DNA of 64,000 nt from a bacterium (GTDB lineage Bacteria; UBA8248). A model generated the notes under the pieces. That model was not told the origin of the DNA. It worked only from the letters and a program-made list of their open reading frames with translations, and did not search any database. Where the stretch lies: assembly GCA_965219955.1 (NCBI GenBank), contig OZ244799.1, positions 3,968,001 through 4,032,000 of the forward strand, in the 5' to 3' direction. This document shows, one piece after another, positions 30,101 through 38,750 of the stretch; position 1 is the first letter of the stretch; each line of letters opens with the position of its first letter. The translations under genes were made by a program, and so were the position numbers.

Positions 30101-33100
30101 GGTGGGCGACCGCGTGGTCGGCGTGAAGCGCGGCACGCGCGGCATGTTCGGACCGGAATCCGTGACGCATGAGGAATTGGTGGCGCCCGCTCCGGCGGAA
30201 TTGTCGGCCACGGCGCTCGCCACGATGCCGACGGTGTTCCTGTCCGCGGCGCTGTCCTATGAACTCGCGGGGTTGAAAGCCGGTGACCGGGTGCTGATCC
30301 ACGCGGGCGCGGGCGGCGTGGGCCTGGCGGCCATCCAACTGGCGCAGGCGGCGGGAGCGGAAGTGTTCGCGACGGCGAGCGCGCCGAAACAGGCCTATCT
30401 CCGCTCGCTGGGCGTGGAGCACGTGTTCGACAGCCGCCAGACGAAATTCGGTGAGGAGATCCTCGAGGCCACGGGCGGCGAAGGCGTCGACCTGATCCTG
30501 AACAGCCTCACGGCGGAGGGCTATATCGAGGCGAGCCTGTCGTGTCTGGCGCATGGCGGCCGGTTCGTGGAACTGGCGGCGCGGGACATTCTGAGCGAGG
30601 AGGAGATGGCGGCCGTACGGCCGGACGTTGCCTATTACATCGTGAAGCTCGACGCCATGAAGGAGGATGAACCGGAGCGGCCGGGCGCTTTGCTGAAGGA
30701 CGTCATGGCGCGGCTGGCGGCGGGAGAACTGACGCCGCTCGTCCACACCAGGTGGCCGCTGAGTGAGGCGAGGCAGGCTGTCGAGTATATGCGCGACGGC
30801 CGGCACATCGGGAAGATCATCTTTGCGAATTCGCCGCTCGCCAGGGGCCGCTTGCGCGAAGACAGGACCTACCTCGTGACCGGCGGTCTGGGCGGCATCG
30901 GTTGCGCCGTGGCCGACTGGCTCGCGGAGCGCGGCGCCGGGACGATCGTGCTGAACGGGCGGCGGCCCCCGGATCCGGAGGTCGAGGAGGCAATCGAATC
31001 GCTGCGCAGGCGCGGGTTCACGGTGCGGGTGGAACTCGCGGACGTGACGGACCCGGACGCGGTGGACGAGATGCTGGCGCGGATGGATGCGGATTTGCCG
31101 CCTTTGGGCGGCGTGATCCACAGCGTGGGGGTGCTTTCGGACGGCGCGCTCGGGAACCAGAGCTGGGAGCGGTTCGAGGGGGTGCTTTGGCCGAAGGTGC
31201 TGGGCGCGTGGCACCTGCACCGCGCGACGCTTGATCGCGATCTGGACATGTTCGTCCTCTTCTCGAGCGTGGCGGGCGTGCTGGGCAATCCGGGCCAGTC
31301 GAACCACGCGGCGGCCAACGCGTTCCTGGATCAACTCGCCGCCCACCGCCGGGCGCTGGGGCTCCCGGGCCAGTCCATCGCATGGGGCGCGTGGTCGGAG
31401 ATTGGCGAAGCCGAGGAGCAGCGGGAGAGAATCTCCAAAAATATCGCGGTGACGGGAGTCGGCTGGATGACGCCGCAGCAGGGACTCAGGGCATTCGACC
31501 GGCTGGTCCGCGAGGACGCCGCGAATTCCATGGTTCTGGCGAGGGATTGGTCTGTATTCGAAAAGACCCTGGATAACATTCCCCCGTTTTTCGAAGACCT
31601 GCTTATCCACGCTCAAGACGCAGAAGCCGACTCCCCCTCCCTGGCGGACGACCTGATAGCCCGTCTGGCGGAGACGCCCGCGGCGGAGCGCGAGGCCTTG
31701 CTGGTGTCGTTCCTGCAGCAGGAACTGCAGGCGGTGCTTCGGCTGCCGGGCGCGCCCGAACCCACGGTGGGATTTTTCGATCTGGGCATGGACTCGCTCA
31801 TGGCCGTAGAGCTGCGCAACCGGCTGAACCGCGCGTTCACGGACGCCTATACGGCCCCGAACACCGTGGTGTTCGACTATCCCGACATCGCGGTGCTCGC
31901 CCGTCATCTGGCCGGTGAACTCGGCGACCTCGGGGAGGTCGCCCCCGCGTCCGCCCCGCAGGAACAACCCGAGCCGGAGCGGCGGCCTAAGGCGCCGCGC
32001 GAGGGGGAGCAAATCGCCGTCGTGGGCATGGCGTGCCGCTTCCCCGGCGCGCCGGATATCTCCGCTTTTTGGCGACTGCTCGAAGCGGGCGGTGACGCGG
32101 TGACGGACGGGCGGCGGGATTCCGGCCCCTGGAGCGGCGTCGCCGGAGACCCGGCCGCCGAAAAAGACTTCTACCGGCAAGGCGGGTTCATCGAAGGAAT
32201 CGACCAGTTCGATGCGAGTTTCTTCGGCATCAGGCCGATCGAGGCGCGCTTGATGGATCCGCGCCAAAGACTGTTGCTCGAGACGAGTTGGGGGGCGCTC
32301 GAGGACGCAGGCATAGACCCCGCTCCGCTCAAGGGTACTCGCACCGGTGCGTATGTCGGACTGGGCGTCAGCGAGTACCGCGACCTCGTCGTGGCCGGCG
32401 GCCTGGCTGACAGCCACATCGGCAACGCGCCGAGCGTGGCCATCGGGCGGATCGCCTTCGTTCTTGGCCTGATGGGACCGGCGGTGCCGCTGGACATGAC
32501 CTGCGCGTCGTCGCTGGTGGCGGTTCACCAGGCGGCCGCAGCCCTTCGGGAGGGCGAAGTCGACCTGGCTCTCGCCGGGGGCGTGCACGCGGTGCTCTCG
32601 CCTCCGGTTTCGAAATTCATGGCGGAGTTCGGGATGTTGTCGCCGAGCGGCCGGTGCCGGACCTTCGATGCGGACGCGGACGGCTACGTGCGGGGTGAAG
32701 GCTGCGGGATGGTGGTCATGAAGCGGCTGAGCGACGCAGAGACGGACGGCGACCGCATCTGGGGTCTGGTGCAGGGATCGGCGGTGAACCAGAACGGCGC
32801 GAGCGCCGCGCTTACGGTGCCCAACGGCACGGCGCAGGAACAGGTGCTCGAGGATGCGCTTTCCCGGTCCGGCTTTTCGCCCTCGGAGGTGGATTATCTG
32901 GAAGTACACGCGACGGGGTCGCAATTGGGCGACCCGATCGAGGTGCGCGCGTCGGCGGCGGTGTACGGGCGAGGACGCGCTCCTGACCGTCCTCTCCTGC
33001 TCGGTACGGTGAAGACGAACATCGGCCATCTGGAATCGGCGGCGGGGATCGCCGGCCTGATCAAGGTGTTGCTGGCGATGAAGCACGGAATGATCCCAAA

Positions 33101-34556
33101 GCACCTGCATTTCGATAACCCGAATCCGCATATGGACTGGGACGCGCTTCCGTTGCGGGTGACGTCTGAAGCGACGGCCTGGCCGCTCGTATCCGATCGT
33201 CCGCGCCGGGCGGGCGTGAGCGCTTTTGCGCTTTCGGGTACGAACGCGCACGTCCTGGTGGAGGGGTACGGCGCGCCGGAGGGGGAGTCAGCCGCAGACG
33301 CCGGACCGGGTTCCCCCGCGGGTTTCGCGCAGCCCGTCTCCGTAACGCTGCCGGAGTCGGTCCCGGAATCGCCGTCGGTAGATGGGATGCGTCCGCGCAG
33401 GACGCGGATGCTGCCGCTCTCGGGAAAATCGGACGAAGCGCTTCGTGAGTCGGCGGGGCGGTATCTCTCCTGGCTGGATGAGTGCGCCGGGGAGCTTTCC
33501 TCCGAGGGCGCCGCTGCAGAGCCGCTGCTTTCGGATATGGCCTGGACGGCGGCCGTGGGGCGGAGCCATTTCGCGCACCGCGTGGGTGTCGTATTCGAGG
33601 ACGCCGCGTCGTTGCGGGAAGGATTGAGAGCGATCGAGGAGTCAGACGGGTTGCCGAAGCCGCAGGCGGCGGCGAGGGTGGCCTTCGCGTATGCCGGAGA
33701 GAGCGGACACGGGGTCGGCATGGGCGAGGAACTCTATGAGAGCGAGCCGGTGGCGCGCGCGGTACTGGATAGATGCGACGAGGTGATTCGGGTGGAGCGC
33801 GGCGCCTCGCTGCTGGATGTGATGTTCGGCCGTTCTGGAGATCTGGACGATCCGGCGTGGTCGCAGCCGGCGGTCTTTGCGCTCGAGTGCGCGCTCACAA
33901 CGCTTTGGGCGAGTGTCGGGATTCGGCCGAACGTGGTGTTCGGCGCAGGTTCCGGAGAAGTTGCGGCGGCGCATGCGGCGGGCGTGTTCGCGCTGGAGGA
34001 GGGCTTGCGTTTCGCGGCGCGGCGCGGCGCGCTGATGGAGGCGCTCTCGGGAGACGAGGGAGTGGAGGCGGCCCTGGATGATATCGAAACGGCGCTCGAG
34101 GGCGTTGTGACGGCGTTGCCCTCGCTCACGCTGGTGAATCAGGTGACGGGCCGGGCGCTCGGGGCGGGCGAGACCATGGATGGCGCATATTGGCGACGGC
34201 AGGCGCGTGAACCGGCGGCGTTCGACGGATGCGCCAAGACGCTCGCGGAGTCGGGCGTGGAGGTCGTCGTGGAGATCGGGCCGGATGCGGCGTTCGTCCC
34301 GCAGGTGCTCTCGGCCTGGCCCGATCTTTCAGGCGACGCAGGAGCGAGCGGAAACGGCGCCGCGCCGCCGGTGATGCTTTCGAGCCTGAACCGGGCGTCT
34401 GAGAATGGCGCCGGGTTTGTCGAGGCGGTTGCGCGGGCGTATGAGGCGGGGCTCGCGCTCGACTTCGCCGGGCTGTTCGCCGGAGAGGAGAGGCGGCGGA
34501 TCTCGCTGCCGGGCTACCCGTTCCAACGCCGTCGCTTCTGGTTCGAGGCGCCCTGA
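24153..34556 (+). CDS. supA: Type I PKS/FAS-like synthase, SupA type: KS-AT-DH-cMT-ER-KR-ACP-KS-AT(degenerate)
   Basis: KS1 DTACSSS/HGTGT/NIGH; AT GHSVG and QAFHS; DH DHRVFGRVIAPG; MT EVGAGTG; ER HAGAGGVG; KR GGLGGIG; ACP LGMDSL; KS2 DMTCASS; TTG start after GGAGGA (ORF track starts at 24048). Confidence 0.88.
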   Translation: MKHSDGNFDPSEKTENGAPVTSRPAEPIAIVGMACRFPNAVGIPAFWRLLEAGENAVTEGVPGSGVGRVGVLFPDAGVQSDACRFGAYLDEIDRFDAAFFRISPVEAHLLDPQQRLMLETSWRALEDAGMDPERLRGSRTGVYGGVSNNEYRSLIMDVSDTAEPATSLYTVSGTSFNTAVGRVSFALGLEGPAIALDTACSSSLVAVHQAVAGLQRREADLALAGGVHTILSGRLLELRGNAGMLSPDGRCATFDAAANGYVRGEGCGIVALKRLAEAEADGDRIWGVIRGSAINQDGASPGLTVPSGPAQERVIAAALAQAGIQPHEVDYLEAHGTGTEVGDPIELEAAAAAYGKGRDAGRPLLIGSVKTNIGHLESSAGVAGLIKATLALKQGVVPRHLHFREPTPAVDWERMSLQVAAEATEWPRHPGHPPRAGVSGFGWSGTNAHVIVERYEGPAGDSTVGSMVEPAGSALPVTVSLPEALADPPPAEDGPGARETRLLPLSGKSEGALRELAGRYLSWLDERGEEFASQSAASEPLLSDMAWTAAVGRSHFTHRAGLLFDDAARLRERLNALAEGVDPPEPGTAARVAFLFTGQGSQWVGMGRDLYESEPVARAVLDRCEEVARATRGASLLDVMFAQGGGDLYDTVWAQPAIYALECAVTALWASLGVRPDVVVGHSVGEFGAAHTAGVFGLEDGMRAVMGRSEILASVPEAGTMAAVFAPYSIVEEAVRAYNESAGSERLAIAARNGAHQVLSGQVSAVEAVSQRFEAEEVRVRPIHTSQAFHSPLVEPVLDTLESLFGGFEISAASRTTLVSNVTGRVVEPDEILGGAYWRRHAREAVAFDLGVRTLANLGVDLVVEVGPHAVLGPMLSFAWPGPDDGADAAGVDVEAPRVLASLQRPSQDEGASADELETGFMGAVAGAYEAGVDLSFEGLFAGESRRRISLPGYPFQRERFWVEGPKRRRQSAGHPLLGERHESAGGEITFETEVLPSDPAWLNDHRVFGRVIAPGALYGAMAVSASTAEGSGSMVIEEMQFHNALIFGEENSENGGEGREMQVLLEAPGEEPSRLVRIFSKGEAEEGWTLHAECRAPSEAGGRQAPEQVDLEGLKAALSPEDVPAYYRAKANVGIDLGPSLRTLGSVWSRTGEALGEICFPEALGANGLDVHPLLLDGCFQVMGAARNPGGAEDGITYLPFGWERLWLAERLPDRLLCHVRMRETPSSQETDAETGGSQEVFVGDFRLYDENGALIGELSGFMVKRATRAALLSAVEGLDDLLYEVVWRESALPQGIQPADFLPSPGEVAESWGLFSDYLAAEGVDAGVRPALMADLSRMARHFALAALEKLGWERKAGEAVDSEDLRERLGVREEHGQLFRRMLEILAKSGVLQAEGEGFLVAVGNGEPLPEGIPGEPEQFAAQVIERYAYASNEIGLFRRSAGALAEVLRGEEDPLSLLFGSGEPSAADLYFKAPLWRAANKMLGDATRTLVAGLPEGRRLRVIEVGAGTGSATESVLPELPEGRFDYTYTDISAGFFAQAEGLFGDGGGCIEYRVLDIEKDPLEQGFDSHGYDLVIASNVLHATRYLEETLTHCRSLLAPSGHLVALENLSGQDWLDMTFGQLDGWWRFSDECRPTYALAGPDVWRGSLDAAGFEGVEILGVGGSGSAEMPDRGVILGQQTEEVAERPGVWILAADRGGTAEALASELAARNQTVVLAGEAGSTDGGPPDEIPGVIHTTLEMDSRESWGALLEGLPGDAPLGGVAHFAALDGHGPDATTGEMAEDVKRAGASALALAQGLLDADAAPGKGFWFLTRGAQVLERERGGELAGATLWGFGKAMSREASRMQPKMLDLDPEPTAPPADLANELLYPDAENQIVHRGDRRRVARLVRAGEGVERLALPEEPDWLLGVGEDGALSGLQAEPPPLEPREVRLGIEAAGLNFWDVFAALGLIDEKFLGTEMCGHILEVGSEVSSVSVGDRVVGVKRGTRGMFGPESVTHEELVAPAPAELSATALATMPTVFLSAALSYELAGLKAGDRVLIHAGAGGVGLAAIQLAQAAGAEVFATASAPKQAYLRSLGVEHVFDSRQTKFGEEILEATGGEGVDLILNSLTAEGYIEASLSCLAHGGRFVELAARDILSEEEMAAVRPDVAYYIVKLDAMKEDEPERPGALLKDVMARLAAGELTPLVHTRWPLSEARQAVEYMRDGRHIGKIIFANSPLARGRLREDRTYLVTGGLGGIGCAVADWLAERGAGTIVLNGRRPPDPEVEEAIESLRRRGFTVRVELADVTDPDAVDEMLARMDADLPPLGGVIHSVGVLSDGALGNQSWERFEGVLWPKVLGAWHLHRATLDRDLDMFVLFSSVAGVLGNPGQSNHAAANAFLDQLAAHRRALGLPGQSIAWGAWSEIGEAEEQRERISKNIAVTGVGWMTPQQGLRAFDRLVREDAANSMVLARDWSVFEKTLDNIPPFFEDLLIHAQDAEADSPSLADDLIARLAETPAAEREALLVSFLQQELQAVLRLPGAPEPTVGFFDLGMDSLMAVELRNRLNRAFTDAYTAPNTVVFDYPDIAVLARHLAGELGDLGEVAPASAPQEQPEPERRPKAPREGEQIAVVGMACRFPGAPDISAFWRLLEAGGDAVTDGRRDSGPWSGVAGDPAAEKDFYRQGGFIEGIDQFDASFFGIRPIEARLMDPRQRLLLETSWGALEDAGIDPAPLKGTRTGAYVGLGVSEYRDLVVAGGLADSHIGNAPSVAIGRIAFVLGLMGPAVPLDMTCASSLVAVHQAAAALREGEVDLALAGGVHAVLSPPVSKFMAEFGMLSPSGRCRTFDADADGYVRGEGCGMVVMKRLSDAETDGDRIWGLVQGSAVNQNGASAALTVPNGTAQEQVLEDALSRSGFSPSEVDYLEVHATGSQLGDPIEVRASAAVYGRGRAPDRPLLLGTVKTNIGHLESAAGIAGLIKVLLAMKHGMIPKHLHFDNPNPHMDWDALPLRVTSEATAWPLVSDRPRRAGVSAFALSGTNAHVLVEGYGAPEGESAADAGPGSPAGFAQPVSVTLPESVPESPSVDGMRPRRTRMLPLSGKSDEALRESAGRYLSWLDECAGELSSEGAAAEPLLSDMAWTAAVGRSHFAHRVGVVFEDAASLREGLRAIEESDGLPKPQAAARVAFAYAGESGHGVGMGEELYESEPVARAVLDRCDEVIRVERGASLLDVMFGRSGDLDDPAWSQPAVFALECALTTLWASVGIRPNVVFGAGSGEVAAAHAAGVFALEEGLRFAARRGALMEALSGDEGVEAALDDIETALEGVVTALPSLTLVNQVTGRALGAGETMDGAYWRRQAREPAAFDGCAKTLAESGVEVVVEIGPDAAFVPQVLSAWPDLSGDAGASGNGAAPPVMLSSLNRASENGAGFVEAVARAYEAGLALDFAGLFAGEERRRISLPGYPFQRRRFWFEAP

Positions 34557-34644
34557 TTGCTTGACAACGATATCGGGAAAGTTATGATTTCACTATCGTT
34601 TTGTTCACCGCTTTAACATTTTTCAAATGGGAGACAGCGCGACC

Positions 34645-34866
34645 ATGGCAAGTGTCGAAGAACGCATGGGGGATCTGGTGGAGAAACATCTGGGCATCTC
34701 GGATCGGGCGATGCTGGACGCGGACTTGGGCGAAATCGGCGTGAACTCGGTGGATGCCGTGAACTTTCTCAAGGTCGTCGATCGGGAATTCGGGGTCGAA
34801 ATTACACAGGAAATTGCCAGAGACTTCAGAACTTTGAGGGACCTGATCGACTATCTGGATGGTTGA
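34645..34866 (+). CDS. Stand-alone acyl carrier protein (SupB-like)
   Basis: Small acidic protein with LGEIGVNSVDAV motif and EFGVEI; directly after the PKS. Confidence 0.85.
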   Translation: MASVEERMGDLVEKHLGISDRAMLDADLGEIGVNSVDAVNFLKVVDREFGVEITQEIARDFRTLRDLIDYLDG

Positions 34867-35050
34867 AGCCGACGTAGTTGAGCGCGGACCCCGAATCAGA
34901 AAGTTGCAATAACTTTCAGACAGGAACACTGATTTTCAGGAAATGAAACAACAAGTTTCGTTTTGGAGCCGGGGCCAGTCCTGCAGGACTGGCCTCTGGT
35001 TTCAAGGCGCACAGGCGGCGACTCCCACACTCGCGGAAAGACTGGTTTCT

Positions 35051-35791
35051 ATGGCTGCTGAGGTTGTCGATTCCTGGTTTCACACGTTCCGTGAAATAGA
35101 CGATATTCTCGTCATACATGTCGACCTGACGCCCGATGAAGATCGCGAGGCGCACGCGATTTCATGGCTCGATGAGAAAGAGCGGGCGCGCCGGCGTCGT
35201 TACCGGTATGACCGTCCCCGGCGCGAGTTCACCCTGTGCCGCGCCGCGCTGCGCGCCATTCTCTGCCGTCGGCTCGGTTGCGGGAACGAGCGACTCGCGT
35301 TCGGCGCTTCCGAGCATGGAAAGCCGTTCGCGTTGGTAGACGGGGTAGCAGCTCCCGTCAGCTTCAACGTCTCTCACAGCGGCAAGCATGGGTTGATCGC
35401 CTTTTCGGCGCAAGGGCGGCTCGGCGTGGACGTGGAAGAACGCGCCGACCGCCTCGACCTCGACGGGATTAGCGAGTTCGTGTTCGGTCCGGACGAACAG
35501 GCCGACTTCGCTGCGACGCGTGGACGGGAAAAGTTTCACTTGTTCTTCACGCTCTGGACGCTCAAGGAGGCGCTGATCAAGGCTCTGGGCACGGGGTTTT
35601 CCCTGGACCCTGCCCGGTTCGAGATTCCATCGTCCATGCGGCATGGTGCGAGAGAGGATACATTCAGGTTCCCCCACATGCCGAATGTCGGATGGAGACT
35701 CGAAAATCTGGGCAACGCGGATTTCGCCGCCGCCATCGCCTATGAACCGGACCAGGCGCTCATGCGAGGAGAGAGCGAGGCGGCTCGATGA
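35051..35791 (+). CDS. Sfp-type 4'-phosphopantetheinyl transferase
   Basis: HGKP, FNVSHSG, LGVDVE, WTLKEALIKALG motifs; start placed at MAAEVV (ORF track 34943). Confidence 0.92.
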   Translation: MAAEVVDSWFHTFREIDDILVIHVDLTPDEDREAHAISWLDEKERARRRRYRYDRPRREFTLCRAALRAILCRRLGCGNERLAFGASEHGKPFALVDGVAAPVSFNVSHSGKHGLIAFSAQGRLGVDVEERADRLDLDGISEFVFGPDEQADFAATRGREKFHLFFTLWTLKEALIKALGTGFSLDPARFEIPSSMRHGAREDTFRFPHMPNVGWRLENLGNADFAAAIAYEPDQALMRGESEAAR

Positions 35792-35931
35792 CGATCTCGG
35801 AAAAAGCCCGGGCGATACCCTGACCGCTCGCCGCCCATGAAGTTCGGGTGGACGACGGCGGTTTGAAGGGTTGTTGAAAAAGTCCCGTGAAGCGATTTTG
35901 GGAATTCAGGCAACTGATGAGAGAGAAGAAT

Positions 35932-36124
35932 CACTCCCCCCTTGAGGGGGTTGTTGAAAAACCTGATGAAGGAGGAATCGCGGTTGTAGGGACAACCCTC
36001 CGTGGTTGTCCTTTCCGGGATGGTTGCCATCAGGACAGGCACGGAGGCCTGTCCCTACGGGTCATCACGCCGCCGACCGTACGCATAGTGGGCTTTTTCA
36101 ACAGCCCCCTCAAGGGGGGGAGCG
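35932..36124. mobile_element. MITE-like palindromic element enclosing a GTAG-type REP doublet
   Basis: Near-perfect ~30-bp inverted ends CACTCCCCCCTTGAGGGGGTTGTTGAAAAA / TTTTTCAACAGCCCCCTCAAGGGGGGGAGCG; internal GTAGGGACAACC...GGTTGTCC and GGACAGGC...GCCTGTCCCTAC. Confidence 0.7.
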
Positions 36125-36346
36125 TATCTTGCTCTTTCATTGGTCGTATCGAACCCTGGTTCATCGGGGTTGTTCAACAGCTCCTTTGATCCATGTATTC
36201 ACTCGCAATGCGAGGGATTTGTCTATGACGGATGATGGTGCGGGAGATCCTTTCAGACGAGTTGGCCGCACGAGAATTCTTCAAGCGCTGCGCCGTTTTC
36301 GTTTCGTCGGGCGCGCGCTCGGTGTTTTCAGGACATCGGTTGCGTC

Positions 36347-38077
36347 ATGAGTTCGAACGATTCGGGGCTTCGCTACCAGGCCGACGAAAAGCCACCGGTA
36401 AAAGTCGCTTTGGTCCTCGGCCTGCAACTCACCGCTATCAGCGTATCCGCCACGATTTTGCTCACGACGGTCGTGATGCGGGCCGCCGGCCAGAGCGAAG
36501 CCTATCTGGCATGGGCCGTGTTCGCCGCCGTCCTGATCGGAGGCGGGGCCACGATGCTGCAGGCGTTCCGGCTCGGGCGTTTCGGCATGGGGCACGTGCT
36601 CATGATGGGCAGCTCGGGGGCCTTCATCGCGGTATCCATCGAGGCGCTCACCGAGGGAGGGCCCGCTACCTTCGCCACCCTGGTCGTCGTCGCAGCGCTT
36701 TTTCAGTTCGTCATATCCGACAGGCTCGCGCTGTTCCGGCGGGTCCTGACCCCGTCCGTATCGGGAACGGTGCTCATGCTGATCCCGGTCTCGGTGATGG
36801 CGCCCGTCCTCAATCTGCTCAAGGACGTGCCGGAGGGCAGCCCGGCCCCGGGCGCTCCGCTGAGCGCTCTGGCGACAGTGCTCGTCATCTGCGGCCTCAC
36901 CCTCAAGGCGAGCGGGTCGCTTCGCCTCTGGGCGCCTGTCATCGGCGTCCTCGCAGGCTCGCTCGTCGCCGTCTTCTTCGGCATTTACGATACGGCCCGC
37001 GTCGCGGAGGCCGCCTGGGCCGGGCTGCCCCCGGTCGAATGGCAGGGCCTCGATCTCGGCTTCGGGCCGGCTTTCTGGTCGCTTCTTCCCGGGTTCCTGC
37101 TGGCGGCCACCATCGGCGCCATCCGGACGATCAGCAGCGCCGCCGCCGCCCAGCGCGTCTCCTGGCGTCGGCCCCGGGCGGTGGATTTCCGGGCGGTGCA
37201 GGGCGCGGTGGCCACTGACGGTCTGAGCAACCTGCTCTCCGGCCTCGCGGGAACGATGCCGAACACGTCCTATACGACGGGCGCATCCCTGGCCCAGCTC
37301 ACCGGGGTCGCGGCCCGCCACGTCGGGATCGCCGCAGGCGCGATGTTCGCGGCGCTGGCGTTTTTTCCGAAGGCGCTCGCCCTGGTGCTGGCGATACCGG
37401 GGCCGGTCTTCGCCGCCTATCTCATCGTGATGATGGCGATCCTCTTCATGATCGGCGTGCAGATGATCGTTCAGGACGGGATCGACTACCGCAAGAGCCT
37501 GATCGTCGGCGTCTCGTTCTGGCTCGGCGTGGCTTTCCAGAGCGGGGTCGTCTTCCCGGAGTTTTTCTCGAAATTCGCGGGCGGCCTCATGAACAACGGG
37601 ATGACGGCCGGGGGCCTCGTCGCCATCATCATGACCCTGTTCGTGGAGATGACCGAACCCCGCCCCGCCCGGACGGAAGCGGCGCTCGACGCCTCGTCCC
37701 TGCCGGAGCTCAGGGGGTTTCTCGGCGCGTTCGCCTCCGCGTGCAACTGGGATGAGGCGATGGCGAAGCGTCTGGGTGGCGTCTGCGAGGAGATTCTGCT
37801 GACGCTGCATGGACGAGACGAGGGCAGGGAGCAAAGCGGACGGCGTCTGGTTCTGCTCGCGAAAAAAGACAGCAGCGCAGCGGTTCTCGAGTTCATCGCG
37901 GCGGCGGGCGAGGGAGAGAACCTGGAGGATCGAGTCACCCTGCTCGGCGAGCAGACCGAAGAAGCCCACCTCGAGCAGGAAGTGTCGCTCAGGCTCTTGC
38001 GCCATCACGCGGCTTCGGTTCGCCACCAGCAATACCACGGCGCGGACATCGTGACCGTCCGCGTGGAAGCCCCATAG
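36347..38077 (+). CDS. NCS2 (xanthine/uracil)-family permease with C-terminal soluble domain (sup-cluster permease)
   Basis: LRYQADEKPP, ATMLQ, MGSSGAFI, DGLSNLLSGLAG, PNTSY motifs; C-terminal ~130 aa soluble domain. Confidence 0.85.
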   Translation: MSSNDSGLRYQADEKPPVKVALVLGLQLTAISVSATILLTTVVMRAAGQSEAYLAWAVFAAVLIGGGATMLQAFRLGRFGMGHVLMMGSSGAFIAVSIEALTEGGPATFATLVVVAALFQFVISDRLALFRRVLTPSVSGTVLMLIPVSVMAPVLNLLKDVPEGSPAPGAPLSALATVLVICGLTLKASGSLRLWAPVIGVLAGSLVAVFFGIYDTARVAEAAWAGLPPVEWQGLDLGFGPAFWSLLPGFLLAATIGAIRTISSAAAAQRVSWRRPRAVDFRAVQGAVATDGLSNLLSGLAGTMPNTSYTTGASLAQLTGVAARHVGIAAGAMFAALAFFPKALALVLAIPGPVFAAYLIVMMAILFMIGVQMIVQDGIDYRKSLIVGVSFWLGVAFQSGVVFPEFFSKFAGGLMNNGMTAGGLVAIIMTLFVEMTEPRPARTEAALDASSLPELRGFLGAFASACNWDEAMAKRLGGVCEEILLTLHGRDEGREQSGRRLVLLAKKDSSAAVLEFIAAAGEGENLEDRVTLLGEQTEEAHLEQEVSLRLLRHHAASVRHQQYHGADIVTVRVEAP

Positions 38078-38274
38078 CCGCTTGTTCGCGCACAGGCGAG
38101 AAGAATCATATACATGGCTCGAAGCGGGATTCCGGGCTTTGGATTCGACGGGGAACGACGTATCACTCCCCCAGGGGAAGTTGAAAAAGTTTGTTTCACG
38201 AGCGGGCGGACCCATGTGTCCGCCCATCCCCTAGAAGGGACCGCCACCTACAGAACCCCCCAACCCCCCTTGTC

Positions 38275-38487
38275 GGGGTTGTTGAAAAAGCCCTCCTCTC
38301 TCAGAAATGACGAACAAAACCACACCGCCTCATCCTGAGTAGCGGCGAAGCCGCGTATCGAAGGATGCCCTCTCGCCACGGCGCGAGTTCCTCGCCCTTC
38401 GATACGCCGCCTTCGGCGGCTACTCAGGGTGAGGAAAGAAGCGTCGGCGGTTTTCAGGGGACGCCTATGGGCTTTTTCAACAACCCC
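38275..38487. mobile_element. 213-bp MITE with perfect 19-bp TIRs and 5-bp target duplication
   Basis: TIR GGGGTTGTTGAAAAAGCCC at both ends; TTGTC at 38270-38274 and 38488-38492. Confidence 0.85.
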
Positions 38488-38750
38488 TTGTCAGGGGGGC
38501 TTTTTGGGCAAACCCCTCAAGGGGAGAGCGGGAAACCGCCCGGAAGTTCATCGTCGGTGTGACCGACTGCGCTGCGGCGCTCATTCGGGACGGTCGGCGG
38601 CCCGCCATGCCGGGATCATCGATGCGGGCCTTCGGGGCCGGAGGCTTGTCAGGATGCGGGTGCTTCACTTATAATCTCGATATGGATTACGCGAAACGCA
38701 CCCGCTTCAGAATCTCACGCTAGCTACCACCGGAAAAGGAGTGAACACTC

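Noticed and set aside
27309-33251. 1980-aa ORF antisense to the PKS
   Set aside because: Shadow frame of a high-GC gene; no recognisable motifs
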